From: a virus | Virus record (IMG/VR): IMGVR_UViG_3300029811_000147 | Coordinates: 1 to 43,093 of that record | Reading direction: 5' to 3' (one strand) | Length of the DNA stretch: 43,093 bases | In this document: positions 33,314 to 41,389 of the stretch, in pieces | Position numbering within the stretch: position 1 is the first letter of the stretch | Layout of the letters: each line of letters starts with the position of its first letter | The notes under the pieces: model-generated | Database searches by the model: none | Told to the model about the DNA's origin: nothing | The model's input: only the letters and a program-made list of their open reading frames with translations | Made by a program: the position numbers and the translations under genes

Positions 33314-34054
33314 ATGAGAAGTGCATCGGGCGGACCAAGAAGGCGACGGGACCAGATAGGCTGGAGTAAAGTGCTTACACCCGCCGAGCAGAAAAATTTC
33401 TGGGCTTATTTGCGGGGGGAAATGCGAAGCGCCGTCAATAAACAATTCAGTGACATTGAATCACTGGGCGTAAAGAAGCTTATTTTAATCTGCGACTTGT
33501 TTTTCTGTACGGGCATGCGGGCGGCGGAACTTGCACGGCTTCGTGTTCAGGACACGCCGTTGGTACTGGGCCAGGATGTTATTGAGATATATCGCGGCAA
33601 AGAGAACAAGGACCGCACCATTCAAGTGTCTCGACGGCTTGCAGCGGAGATTGAAGAGTATATCGAAAAATACAGGCCCGAAACAATGCGGCATGTTAAA
33701 CGCAGTGACATCAGTAAGCCTTTATTTTACAATCGGCAGGGCCGACCATATATTCAGCAATTTGAAACGGTGGACAAAAAAACAAAAGCAGTCACGACAA
33801 GGCTCAGGGCATCGACGGCGCTATACAGGGCTATTCGAGTAACGGGTGAGCATGCCGGTATCGCCAAACATATCTACCCACACATGCTCAGACACACTTT
33901 CGCGGTAAATGCTTTGTTAAAAGGAGTCGACATCTATTTATTGAAGGAGCTTATGGGGCACAGCGACATCACGATGACGGCAAGATATTTGCACCTGGTC
34001 AATACCCAATTGAAAGGGCTTGGTGAGAAGCTGGATTTCTCGTTTCTGGGCTGA
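33314..34054 (+). CDS. Second tyrosine recombinase, short and Xer/Cre/Fim-like
   Basis: 246 aa. TGMRAAELARL (Arg), HMLRHTFAV (H-x-x-R), GHSDITMTARYLH (His, Tyr). Confidence 0.8.
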   Translation: MRSASGGPRRRRDQIGWSKVLTPAEQKNFWAYLRGEMRSAVNKQFSDIESLGVKKLILICDLFFCTGMRAAELARLRVQDTPLVLGQDVIEIYRGKENKDRTIQVSRRLAAEIEEYIEKYRPETMRHVKRSDISKPLFYNRQGRPYIQQFETVDKKTKAVTTRLRASTALYRAIRVTGEHAGIAKHIYPHMLRHTFAVNALLKGVDIYLLKELMGHSDITMTARYLHLVNTQLKGLGEKLDFSFLG

Positions 34055-34695
34055 ATTTTAAGAGGTTTAATTCGTGCGAAATCAATACAAAATACGGTTG
34101 CCTATCTTAACATTGCCTCCGCCCGCAACATTTTGTAGGGTTTTGTTGCGTTTATTTTGTATTTTTGTTCTATACTCTTTGTTTATCAGCACTTGTGAAC
34201 CGGCTCAATCACTGTCAAAAACAGCCTTCAAAAGTATGGGGCAATTACCCATCTTAACATTGCCCCTGATTCTGGCTCAAAAATGCGGAAAAGGTAGTGA
34301 AAAACCGCCTTTAAGGTACAATCCACGCGGGTTGATGGTGACATCGCGTTTTTACTTCAATAATGCGGTTATTTTAAGAGTATTTTTGTCCAGAGCGGAC
34401 ATTTGGACTGTTCGATGTCCACTTTTTCATGACTCCAATAACATACAAGACAAGTCGTGTATGCTTTTAACTATAAGTATAATAAGAACTTGCAGCGTTT
34501 TCGAGGTGGTGACATCACTGTTTTTCAATCGGCACAAAAAAAACAACGTAAACAAAGGACTTATGAGCGATCCCAAATTAACAGGCTGCGCGAGGTCTTG
34601 TTTATGGGTCCTTCCTGGAGTTTATCACCGACTCCAGTTAGCGATGGCGCGCAAAAAGCGAATTTTTTGCAGGAAAATAGGTGTCCGGTCCTCTC

Positions 34696-34767
34696 GAAGA
34701 TTCGCAGGTTAGATATAGGGAAGATTCGCGGGTTAGATATAGGAAAGATTCGCAGGTTCGGTATAGG
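34696..34767 (+). repeat. 3 x 23-24-bp tandem iterons (gaagattcgcaggttagatatagg)
   Basis: Read directly. Lies in an 830-bp non-coding tract downstream of the second recombinase. Confidence 0.9.
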
Positions 34768-34888
34768 GAAAAAATGAATGTAAAAGTTACAGGCAGGTTT
34801 CGCAGAAAAGCAAAAAGGGCCCGACGTTTTCTGGAGGGGGTCGGACGTAATAAAAAATTAAGGTCGAAACGAAGAAGGAGATAATGAC

Positions 34889-35284
34889 ATGAAGGCGATT
34901 AGCGTAAGGCAGCCGTGGGCGTCGATGATTGCACGGGGGACGAAGACGATAGAGACGCAAACGTGGCCGACGAAGTATCGCGGGGACCTGCTCATCGTGT
35001 CGTCGAAAAAACCGAAGATAGACAACCTGCCCACCGGCCAGGGGCTGTGCGTCGTCAAGCTCGTCGAGTGCAGGCCGATGGTGTTTTCCGATGTATCGGC
35101 GGCAGGATGTAAGCTGTATCACGGGGCGTGGGCGTGGGTGCTCGAAGATGTTAGGCCGGTCGAATATTTTGCGGTCCGGGGGACGTTCGGTATCTATGAA
35201 GCTGATGATGATTTGATTGTCGCCGATTGCAGGAATTGTAACGGCCGTGCAGGTGGATGTGAAGTCGATGGAATGTGTTTTTGA
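34889..35284 (+). CDS. ASCH domain protein
   Basis: MKAISVRQPWASMIARGTKTIETQTWPTKYRGDLLIVSS is the canonical ASCH N-terminus. RBS gaaggag. Confidence 0.7.
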   Translation: MKAISVRQPWASMIARGTKTIETQTWPTKYRGDLLIVSSKKPKIDNLPTGQGLCVVKLVECRPMVFSDVSAAGCKLYHGAWAWVLEDVRPVEYFAVRGTFGIYEADDDLIVADCRNCNGRAGGCEVDGMCF

Positions 35285-35298
35285 GAAAGGAGAACGAA

Positions 35299-36051
35299 AT
35301 GCTATTGTGCAAAAAATGTGGCAGTAAAACTATTTTGGCAACCGCTTTTATAACCTGCTTTGACCCACACGAAGAACCTTACGAAAACGGCGTTAAAGAA
35401 GAATGTGGTTACGAAGATGGTATTGCCGCCGAAGTTTCGGTGGGTATTCATTGGTGTCCGAAATGTGGGGGGATAGTAGATGTCTGGATCGAAGAACCAA
35501 TGGAAAAAGATGTACGCGATGAGCAACTCCGAACCGAGAACAAGCGGCTGGAGAACGCCTATAATGAGATGTGCGGCGGCTACGAAGCTAAAATCAGTGA
35601 ACTTAAACAATTGTGTAAAACTCACGCCGAATATGACAGACAGAGATTAGACCTATTGCAGATAGCTAAGCGGTTGAAAGAAATATTGGAATGTACATCA
35701 CGAGCGCTCAATATGCCACGAGGAAATCGAGCAAGTCCTGAAAGACAAACCGTAAAGGAGAACAAGATGAGAATACAGGAAGTGATAGATTGTTTGACGA
35801 ATGGCGTTGGCGAAAAACCTTATTGTCGGCGCGTGGATGAAGTAATGAAGGTCTTTGTGGCCGATGACCAAGAATTTTGCACAGTAGCTTTAGACAATGA
35901 AGGTGAATATGACGAGCAAATAGCCAACGCTATATGCGAAGCCGGCCTAATAATTAAGCGGTTGAAAGATGTAATCGAAGAAGTTATTGAGCTGATGGAC
36001 GAAGAACCTGCCAAAGAGCTGCTGGTTAAAGCGCTGAAAGGGACACAATGA
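35299..36051 (+). CDS. Zinc-ribbon plus coiled-coil protein
   Basis: RBS aaggag. CKKCGS...CPKCGG, followed by a heptad-rich segment. Confidence 0.5.
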   Translation: MLLCKKCGSKTILATAFITCFDPHEEPYENGVKEECGYEDGIAAEVSVGIHWCPKCGGIVDVWIEEPMEKDVRDEQLRTENKRLENAYNEMCGGYEAKISELKQLCKTHAEYDRQRLDLLQIAKRLKEILECTSRALNMPRGNRASPERQTVKENKMRIQEVIDCLTNGVGEKPYCRRVDEVMKVFVADDQEFCTVALDNEGEYDEQIANAICEAGLIIKRLKDVIEEVIELMDEEPAKELLVKALKGTQ

Positions 36052-36365
36052 TTACGCAAGTTCAGCAGGACATGGAAAACAGCGTGTACGAAGCGTTGAA
36101 AAAAGGGGAAGTGGGAAAGAAAGTCATCGCGGAATACGCGAAATACGAACATCAGGCTTCTATCGAAGAAATGGCCGAGACGATGTGCGAGGGTTACAAA
36201 GGGTCGTGGGTAGGTAAGATTGTCAAAGAGCTTGAAGCTCGCGGCGAGGTTATAGGTTTTGAAGCGATGTGTAACGCGGCGTTCAAGGCGGCAATGTTGA
36301 GATTGTTAAAGGACGAAACCGGCTTCCAGCCGGACCCGTCTGAAGGGGAACTGTTAATGCAATGA
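36048..36365 (+). CDS. Hypothetical protein
   Basis: 105 aa. RBS aaaggga. Confidence 0.5.
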   Translation: MITQVQQDMENSVYEALKKGEVGKKVIAEYAKYEHQASIEEMAETMCEGYKGSWVGKIVKELEARGEVIGFEAMCNAAFKAAMLRLLKDETGFQPDPSEGELLMQ

Positions 36366-36541
36366 GGATACCATTATTAAAGATGCATATTTTGACGGAC
36401 AAGAAGCTTGGGCGGAAGCTGGACAAAGCGAAGACAGAGACCAGGCAGATTACCAATAAAGTGATGGCAAGCCTGCTGTATAAAAATGCGAAGATGACGC
36501 TGGCCTTGAGAAACCTGGCCGGTGGAAAAAAGAGAAGGTGA
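36362..36541 (+). CDS. 59-aa basic protein, paralog A (MRIPLLKMHILTDKKLGRKLDKAKTETRQITNKVMASLLYKNAKMTLALRNLAGGKKRR)
   Basis: Below the ORF-track cutoff. ATGA overlap with the upstream gene. Near-identical paralog at 37229..37408. Confidence 0.5.
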   Translation: MRIPLLKMHILTDKKLGRKLDKAKTETRQITNKVMASLLYKNAKMTLALRNLAGGKKRR

Positions 36542-36545
36542 AATT

Positions 36546-36815
36546 ATGGGAAATCATATATGCAGACCTCATCCCGATGCGATTTGTTTGAAGCGTTACG
36601 AATGCCCGACTTGTAAAAAACGCAGGTACTTTGTCATCTGGCACGTTCCGTGGTACGGGACAACGCTGGTCTGCCTGCGGTGCGGCGAAAGGTTCGATGC
36701 AGAGGAAGGGCGGCTGCCCCGGCCGTTTATGCGGGGCTGGCGCGAGGAGAGCCGGGAATCAGCAAGAAAACTATGGCGAAGATACGGTGGGAAAATTTTG
36801 AATTTTGAATTTTGA
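36546..36815 (+). CDS. Zinc-ribbon protein
   Basis: RBS gaaggtga. CPTCKK...CLRCGE. Its stop lies inside a family A array. Confidence 0.5.
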   Translation: MGNHICRPHPDAICLKRYECPTCKKRRYFVIWHVPWYGTTLVCLRCGERFDAEEGRLPRPFMRGWREESRESARKLWRRYGGKILNFEF

Positions 36816-36823
36816 ATTATAGC
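36796..36823 (+). repeat. Family A heptamer array (ttttgaa x3, ttatagc)
   Basis: The upstream ORF reads K I L N F E F and stops at the third heptamer. Confidence 0.9.
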
Positions 36824-36844
36824 GGAAAGTGAGGTGAAGGTTTA

Positions 36845-37174
36845 ATGGGTCGTAAATCTAAAATAAAAATGATTAGCGTAAGGGACTTCCAGGCAGAAGG
36901 TTATCTACAGGAAGTAAATAGGAACTTCTTCCATCCATTAGGTTTGGCGTTGAGTGTAGAAAAACCGGACCAAGGCGAAATGTTCCTCAATGGGATTTGG
37001 GATTATCGCGATGACCCGGAAGGTATTATCTATGGAAAAAGCGTCACACAGTCTGAAAGCTTCAAAGAAAAAGCAGGGAATATTTCAAAAGAACAAAAAC
37101 GCCTGGCCAAAACTCGCAAAAAACTTCTCGGTTATATTATTCAACCTGTTAATAGTTGTGGCGAGGATGGTTAA
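36845..37174 (+). CDS. Hypothetical protein
   Basis: 109 aa. RBS gaggtgaagg. Confidence 0.5.
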   Translation: MGRKSKIKMISVRDFQAEGYLQEVNRNFFHPLGLALSVEKPDQGEMFLNGIWDYRDDPEGIIYGKSVTQSESFKEKAGNISKEQKRLAKTRKKLLGYIIQPVNSCGEDG

Positions 37175-37210
37175 TTTTGAGTTTTGAGTTATAACTAAAA
37201 ACTAATTAAA
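37175..37210 (+). repeat. Family A array with right arm (ttttgag ttttgag ttataac taaaaac taattaaaa)
   Basis: Starts immediately after the stop at 37172-37174. Confidence 0.9.
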
Positions 37211-37228
37211 AGGGGAGCTGTTAATGCA

Positions 37229-37408
37229 ATGAAGATACCGGTATTGAAGATACATATTCTGACAGACAAGAAGCTTGGGCGGAAGATTGATAAAGCGAAA
37301 ACAGAGACCAGGCAGATTACCAATAAAGTGATGGCAAGCCTGCTGTATAAAAATGCGAAGATGACGCTGGCCTTGAGAAACCTGGTCGGCGGAAAAAAGA
37401 GAAAGTGA
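37229..37408 (+). CDS. 59-aa basic protein, paralog B
   Basis: MKIPVLKIHILTDKKLGRKIDKAKTETRQITNKVMASLLYKNAKMTLALRNLVGGKKRK. RBS aagggga. Confidence 0.5.
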   Translation: MKIPVLKIHILTDKKLGRKIDKAKTETRQITNKVMASLLYKNAKMTLALRNLVGGKKRK

Positions 37409-37416
37409 GGTGAAGG

Positions 37417-37932
37417 ATGGCTGAGATAATTCATTGCGAGCGGTGCGAAGCGCGTTGTAAAGTAGCCGGGCCGGGGAACCCGGATGCGAGAATGCTGCGC
37501 TGGTCCTCCAAAGGTCTGTGCATCAACTGCGCCGTCCACGATTGGCTCAGAAACACTTATCCTATCAACTTGATATTTACGACATTAAGTCCCGATGCAC
37601 TTCGATTAGAGCATATTCAGCAGCAGTTCACGGGAATTATGCGGGTTGCTTTAGCTGATGCCAAACCTGATGAGATTGATTGGGAAGCGATAATTACCAA
37701 CTGGGATTTGCCTTTCAAGAACAAGGTGAAAGGTACAGCGATGAATCCAGCTTCACAGGATGTGTTGGATATGGAGCCAGAAAGGCAGGCAAGAGAAGAA
37801 AATTTTTTTAGAGAAGAGATAATTGCGAAAGAGGAGGGATTTGAGAGCTTGTTTGATAAACAGCAAGCCGAGCGGAAAAGAATAGTTAAAGAGGAGTTTT
37901 TGCCTTTATTGCGAAAAATGGGTGAGGAATGA
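37417..37932 (+). CDS. Cys-rich protein (CERCEARC...CINC)
   Basis: 171 aa. RBS gaggtgaagg. Confidence 0.5.
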   Translation: MAEIIHCERCEARCKVAGPGNPDARMLRWSSKGLCINCAVHDWLRNTYPINLIFTTLSPDALRLEHIQQQFTGIMRVALADAKPDEIDWEAIITNWDLPFKNKVKGTAMNPASQDVLDMEPERQAREENFFREEIIAKEEGFESLFDKQQAERKRIVKEEFLPLLRKMGEE

Positions 37933-38144
37933 AACTTAACACAGAGTTCATCCTGGAGCGGAAGGTAATAGCGGGCAATTCCTGCTTCCCGCTTCGACAT
38001 ACTCCGCTGATAACGAGCGATATAGCCGACCATAAGCGCCGTGTTGAGAAGGTCTATAAGGAGCTGCTCCACGAGGCCTGCGTGATTGATGATTGTTGTC
38101 GGCGGTTCGAAAGAATGTTTGGGTGTAATGATTTTTACAGATGA
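37929..38144 (+). CDS. Hypothetical small protein
   Basis: 71 aa. RBS ggtgagga. Confidence 0.4.
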   Translation: MKLNTEFILERKVIAGNSCFPLRHTPLITSDIADHKRRVEKVYKELLHEACVIDDCCRRFERMFGCNDFYR

Positions 38145-38150
38145 GTAGCG

Positions 38151-38188
38151 GGATGAGTTTTGAGTTTTGAATTGAGAATTTTGAATTA
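38151..38188 (+). repeat. Family A degenerate array (ggatgag ttttgag ttttgaa ttgagaa ttttgaa)
   Basis: Starts 6 nt after the stop at 38142-38144. Confidence 0.85.
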
Positions 38189-38203
38189 AATGGCAGGGAT
38201 GCT

Positions 38204-38815
38204 GTGGAAAATAAAGATAAGATTATACTTGATTTGTGCGGGGGGACTGGGGCGTGGTCGAAGCCCTACGCCGAGGCGGGGTATGATGTGCGGAATATCA
38301 CCTTGCCTGATTATGACGTGCGAACCTACGAACCGCCGGATGATGTCTATGGGATTCTTGCAGCTCCACCGTGCACTATATTCAGTTGAGCAGATTGGCG
38401 ACACCCAAAAAACAAGAGGAATTTCTCCGATGGATTTGGAATAGTAAAATCTTGTCTTGAAATTATTTGGAACATTCAGAAAAAAGGGTGCCCGTTAAAG
38501 TTCTGGGCATTGGAAAATCCACTTGGATACTTATACAATTTTTTAGGAAAACCAGCTTTTTATTTTCAAGGTTGGCAAATGGGTGAAACCGGCACAGGGA
38601 GGACAAAGCGATATGCAATATGGGGTTATTTTAACCAACCCAAAAGACTTATTACCGGACGTCCGAAAGATTTGCCTCCCACCCGCACGTCGCACAAAGA
38701 TTGGTATTCGCCGGCAAAACCCGAATGGGCAAAAGAAATGAAACTTGGCCGAGCAGATATTCGAGCGTTGACCCCCGCAGGTTTTGCTAAAGCATTTTTT
38801 GAGGCCAATAGATGA
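38204..38815 (+). pseudogene. C5 cytosine DNA methyltransferase interrupted by a single in-frame TGA (38390-38392)
   Basis: Motif I ILDLCGGTGAWS and motif IV AAPPCTIFS precede the TGA. In the same frame after it come ADWRHP...KFWALENPLG (motif VI-like) and RTKRYAIWG. ORFs 38204..38389 and 38510..38815 share one frame. Confidence 0.7.
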
Positions 38816-38866
38816 GTAGCACAATGAAGATTAAAGCGATAGTGCCGTGGTTTGGAGATTAGCGAA

Positions 38867-38903
38867 TTACCAATAACCAGTTACCAGTTACCAGTTGCCA
38901 ATT
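38867..38903 (+). repeat. Family C heptamer array (ttaccaa taaccag ttaccag ttaccag ttgccaa); cos or terminase-binding candidate
   Basis: Directly upstream of, and running into, the start of the small terminase ORF. Confidence 0.85.
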
Positions 38904-39419
38904 AAATCTGTGGCTAAAAAGAAAAAAAAAACGAGCAAAAAAAAACGAGCGACGAAAAAGGCGGCGATTGCCGAGAGCCAGATTCTGCACACGCAGCGAA
39001 AGGCGGCGGCATACGCCCTGGTCTCTGCGCGTACCGTTCGGCGATGGCTTGCCGAGGGGATGCTGACGGCCCAGGCGGACGGCAAAACCGTCTATATCAA
39101 ATCGCAATTGGATTTCTTCAAGCGAAACGAGGGCCGGCAGCCGACCGAGGCGAAGACCAAGGGCCAGACGGCGGACGCCGAGTATAAAGACGCCAAGGCG
39201 AAATTGATGCAGATGGAGCTGGAGATCAAACAGGGCGCGCTTATCCGGCACGAAGATTACGAGCGGCGAGACATTGCAAGAGTATTGGCGGTAAAAAAAG
39301 GGCTGCTCGGCCTGGGCGGGAAAGTCGCAGGCCGGTTCCCGCCGGAAATGCAGCGAAAGATACGGAAGGTCATCGATACTGAGACAAGATCGATAATCGA
39401 AGGGTTCGCAAAGGGATAA
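38895..39419 (+). CDS. Terminase small subunit, Nu1-like HTH (start is TTG 38895 or GTG 38910)
   Basis: RKAAAYALVSARTVRRWLAEGML resembles the Nu1 winged HTH. Immediately precedes the GpA-type large terminase. The Lys-rich N-terminus is encoded by A10 and A9 runs. Confidence 0.6.
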   Translation: MPIKSVAKKKKKTSKKKRATKKAAIAESQILHTQRKAAAYALVSARTVRRWLAEGMLTAQADGKTVYIKSQLDFFKRNEGRQPTEAKTKGQTADAEYKDAKAKLMQMELEIKQGALIRHEDYERRDIARVLAVKKGLLGLGGKVAGRFPPEMQRKIRKVIDTETRSIIEGFAKG

Positions 39420-41368
39420 TGCTGCAAACAAAAACAATCTGGTCCGAGACCTTACAAAAGGCCTGGAAACTGCCGGAGGATATAACCGTAAGCCGGTGGG
39501 CGGACAAGAACCGAATACTGCCTGCGAGCTGCGCATTCCCCGGGCCGTACCGCAGCGCTTTGACGCCTTATATGCGCGAGCCGATGGACGCTTTTTGCGA
39601 TGACGAGGTCGAGGAGATCACGCTTATGTTCGCCTCGCAGACGGGCAAATCCTGCGCTATTCAAAATATGGTAGGCTATGCAATCGACCAGGACCCGGGC
39701 CCGGCGTTCTACGTTGTGCCGACGGAAAATAATGTCAATTATATCTCCGGAGAGGTTTTCAGGCCGATGGTCGGATTATCACCGGCGCTCCGCGCACATA
39801 CCACCGGCAGTCCCCGAGATTTGCGGGTGGAATATTTCATTTTCGATTTGATGACGCTATGGTTCGGATGGGCCGGCTCGGCGGCCGAGCTTGCAGCGAA
39901 ATATATCAGGTATCTGTTTTTAGATGAGACCAGCAAGTTCCCTCCGTTCGCAGGAAAAGAGGCGTCACCCGAGGATTTGGCGGACAAGAGGACAATGACG
40001 TTCGAGGACCGAAAGATTGTCAGGGCGTCGACGCCGATTACCAAAGACGATAATATATGCTATGCGTTCGATGCCTCGAATAAGCAGAAGCATTATGAGC
40101 CCTGTCCGCATTGCGGTGAATATCGAATATGGGTGTTCCCACAGTTAAAGGTGCATCCGAAACTGCGTGACCCTGAAGAAATTATAGAAAAGAAGGAGGT
40201 CTGGTACGAATGCGAAGTATGTGCAGCTCGAATTTATGAAGACCAGAAGACAGAGATTGTGACGGCCGGTAAATGGCTGCCGGAAGGCCGGATGATAGAT
40301 GCAGACGGCAATATAAAAGGCCTGCCCAAACGAACGAAAAGACACAGTGGTTTTCATGCTTCATCTTTGATTTCACCATTTCCGAAGAGTACCTGGCCGC
40401 ATATTATGGCAAGGTGGTTCCTGGCCAATACCGAGGAGGGAATAGCGAGGGGAAAGCTGCTGGATTTTAATAATGCGATTTTAGGCAAGCCATACGAGGA
40501 GACGGGCAGAAAGGTAAAGACGAGCGAATTAGTCAAGCTGCGAGGGGGGTTCAGTAAGGCGACGGTGCCTGCGGACTGTATCGCGTTGGTCGCGTCGGCG
40601 GACTATCACAAGTCAAAGACCAAGGGAATCGTGCGAATAGATTACGAGGTGCGGGGGTTCGGATACGGGATGAAAAACTATGTTATAAAAAGCGGGTGGG
40701 TGCCGAGCTTCGACGAATTGGATAAAGAGGTATTGATGTCACCGTTTCCGTGGTCGGACGGGACGGCCTCGGAAGCGAAACCCTGGCTTGCGACGATAGT
40801 AGAGTTTGTTGACAGCAGTTACGAGTCGGACGAGGTTTATGAATACTGCCGGCAGCGCCCGGGCCTTACCATACCGACCAGGGGCCTGCCCGGGCCGTGC
40901 CTGAAACCTTTGAAGCCGTCCGACCTCGAATCGGCAACGGAACGGCGGCTTAACCGGCGCCAGCGCATTCGGTACCGGGGTATGCAGCTACTATTAGTCG
41001 ATACGTATTACTTTAAGAACCAGGTGACATCGTGGGTCGAAGCGAAACGCGATGAGGACGGCAAAATCATCGCAGAGGCTTTGACCCTGTTCTACGATGA
41101 GATACCGGAATATTATTTTCGCGAGTTCGGTAACGAGCAGCTCGTTAAGGTCCGCGATACCAGGGGCAACGTTCGATGGGTATGGCAGCCGGTAAGCAGA
41201 GGGGCGCCGACGCATTCGCTGGATACGGCGGTGTTGTGCGCGGCGGCGGCCTACTATAAGGGGCTGCAATACCTGCGCAGGCCGGGGGAGAAAAAAAAAC
41301 CTGCCGCCGCCGGACAAAGAAAGAGAATAAGTCTATTGGAGCTGCAGAGAAAAAAAAGGTTGCGATAA
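39419..41368 (+). CDS. Terminase large subunit, lambda GpA family
   Basis: WADKNRILPASCAFPGPYRSALTPYMREPMDAFCDDEVEEITLMFASQTGKS matches the GpA N-terminal and Walker A region. 649 aa. Confidence 0.85.
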   Translation: MLQTKTIWSETLQKAWKLPEDITVSRWADKNRILPASCAFPGPYRSALTPYMREPMDAFCDDEVEEITLMFASQTGKSCAIQNMVGYAIDQDPGPAFYVVPTENNVNYISGEVFRPMVGLSPALRAHTTGSPRDLRVEYFIFDLMTLWFGWAGSAAELAAKYIRYLFLDETSKFPPFAGKEASPEDLADKRTMTFEDRKIVRASTPITKDDNICYAFDASNKQKHYEPCPHCGEYRIWVFPQLKVHPKLRDPEEIIEKKEVWYECEVCAARIYEDQKTEIVTAGKWLPEGRMIDADGNIKGLPKRTKRHSGFHASSLISPFPKSTWPHIMARWFLANTEEGIARGKLLDFNNAILGKPYEETGRKVKTSELVKLRGGFSKATVPADCIALVASADYHKSKTKGIVRIDYEVRGFGYGMKNYVIKSGWVPSFDELDKEVLMSPFPWSDGTASEAKPWLATIVEFVDSSYESDEVYEYCRQRPGLTIPTRGLPGPCLKPLKPSDLESATERRLNRRQRIRYRGMQLLLVDTYYFKNQVTSWVEAKRDEDGKIIAEALTLFYDEIPEYYFREFGNEQLVKVRDTRGNVRWVWQPVSRGAPTHSLDTAVLCAAAAYYKGLQYLRRPGEKKKPAAAGQRKRISLLELQRKKRLR

Positions 41369-41389
41369 ATTTTTGAAAGGACAACAAAA

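Noticed and set aside
34178-34557. 9-bp inverted repeat (ctttgttta / taaacaaag) as the boundaries of a Fim-like invertible switch
   Set aside because: One such 9-mer inverted pair is expected by chance in an 800-bp AT-rich tract. There is no supporting promoter evidence.
34074-34712. 212-aa + strand ORF (GTG start) filling the non-coding tract after the second recombinase, and the 67-aa ORF 34681..34884
   Set aside because: No RBS, hydrophobic or low-complexity junk-like translation, and both run through direct repeats and iterons. The basic tail of 34681..34884 is iteron sequence plus the RBS region of the ASCH gene.
38390-38392. Genome-wide TGA reassignment or selenocysteine at the methyltransferase TGA
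   Set aside because: TGA terminates the gpW-like gene (ATGA overlap with the portal), the capsid gene and others. I could not see a convincing SECIS-like hairpin in the 40 nt after the codon.
38190-38444. 84-aa ORF starting with ATG at 38190
   Set aside because: It is out of frame with the clear C5 methyltransferase motifs encoded in the 38204 frame, and its translation has no features.
38859-39536. 225-aa minus-strand ORF opposite the small terminase
   Set aside because: It is antisense to a gene with a recognisable Nu1-like HTH, and it includes translated heptamer and poly-T repeat sequence.
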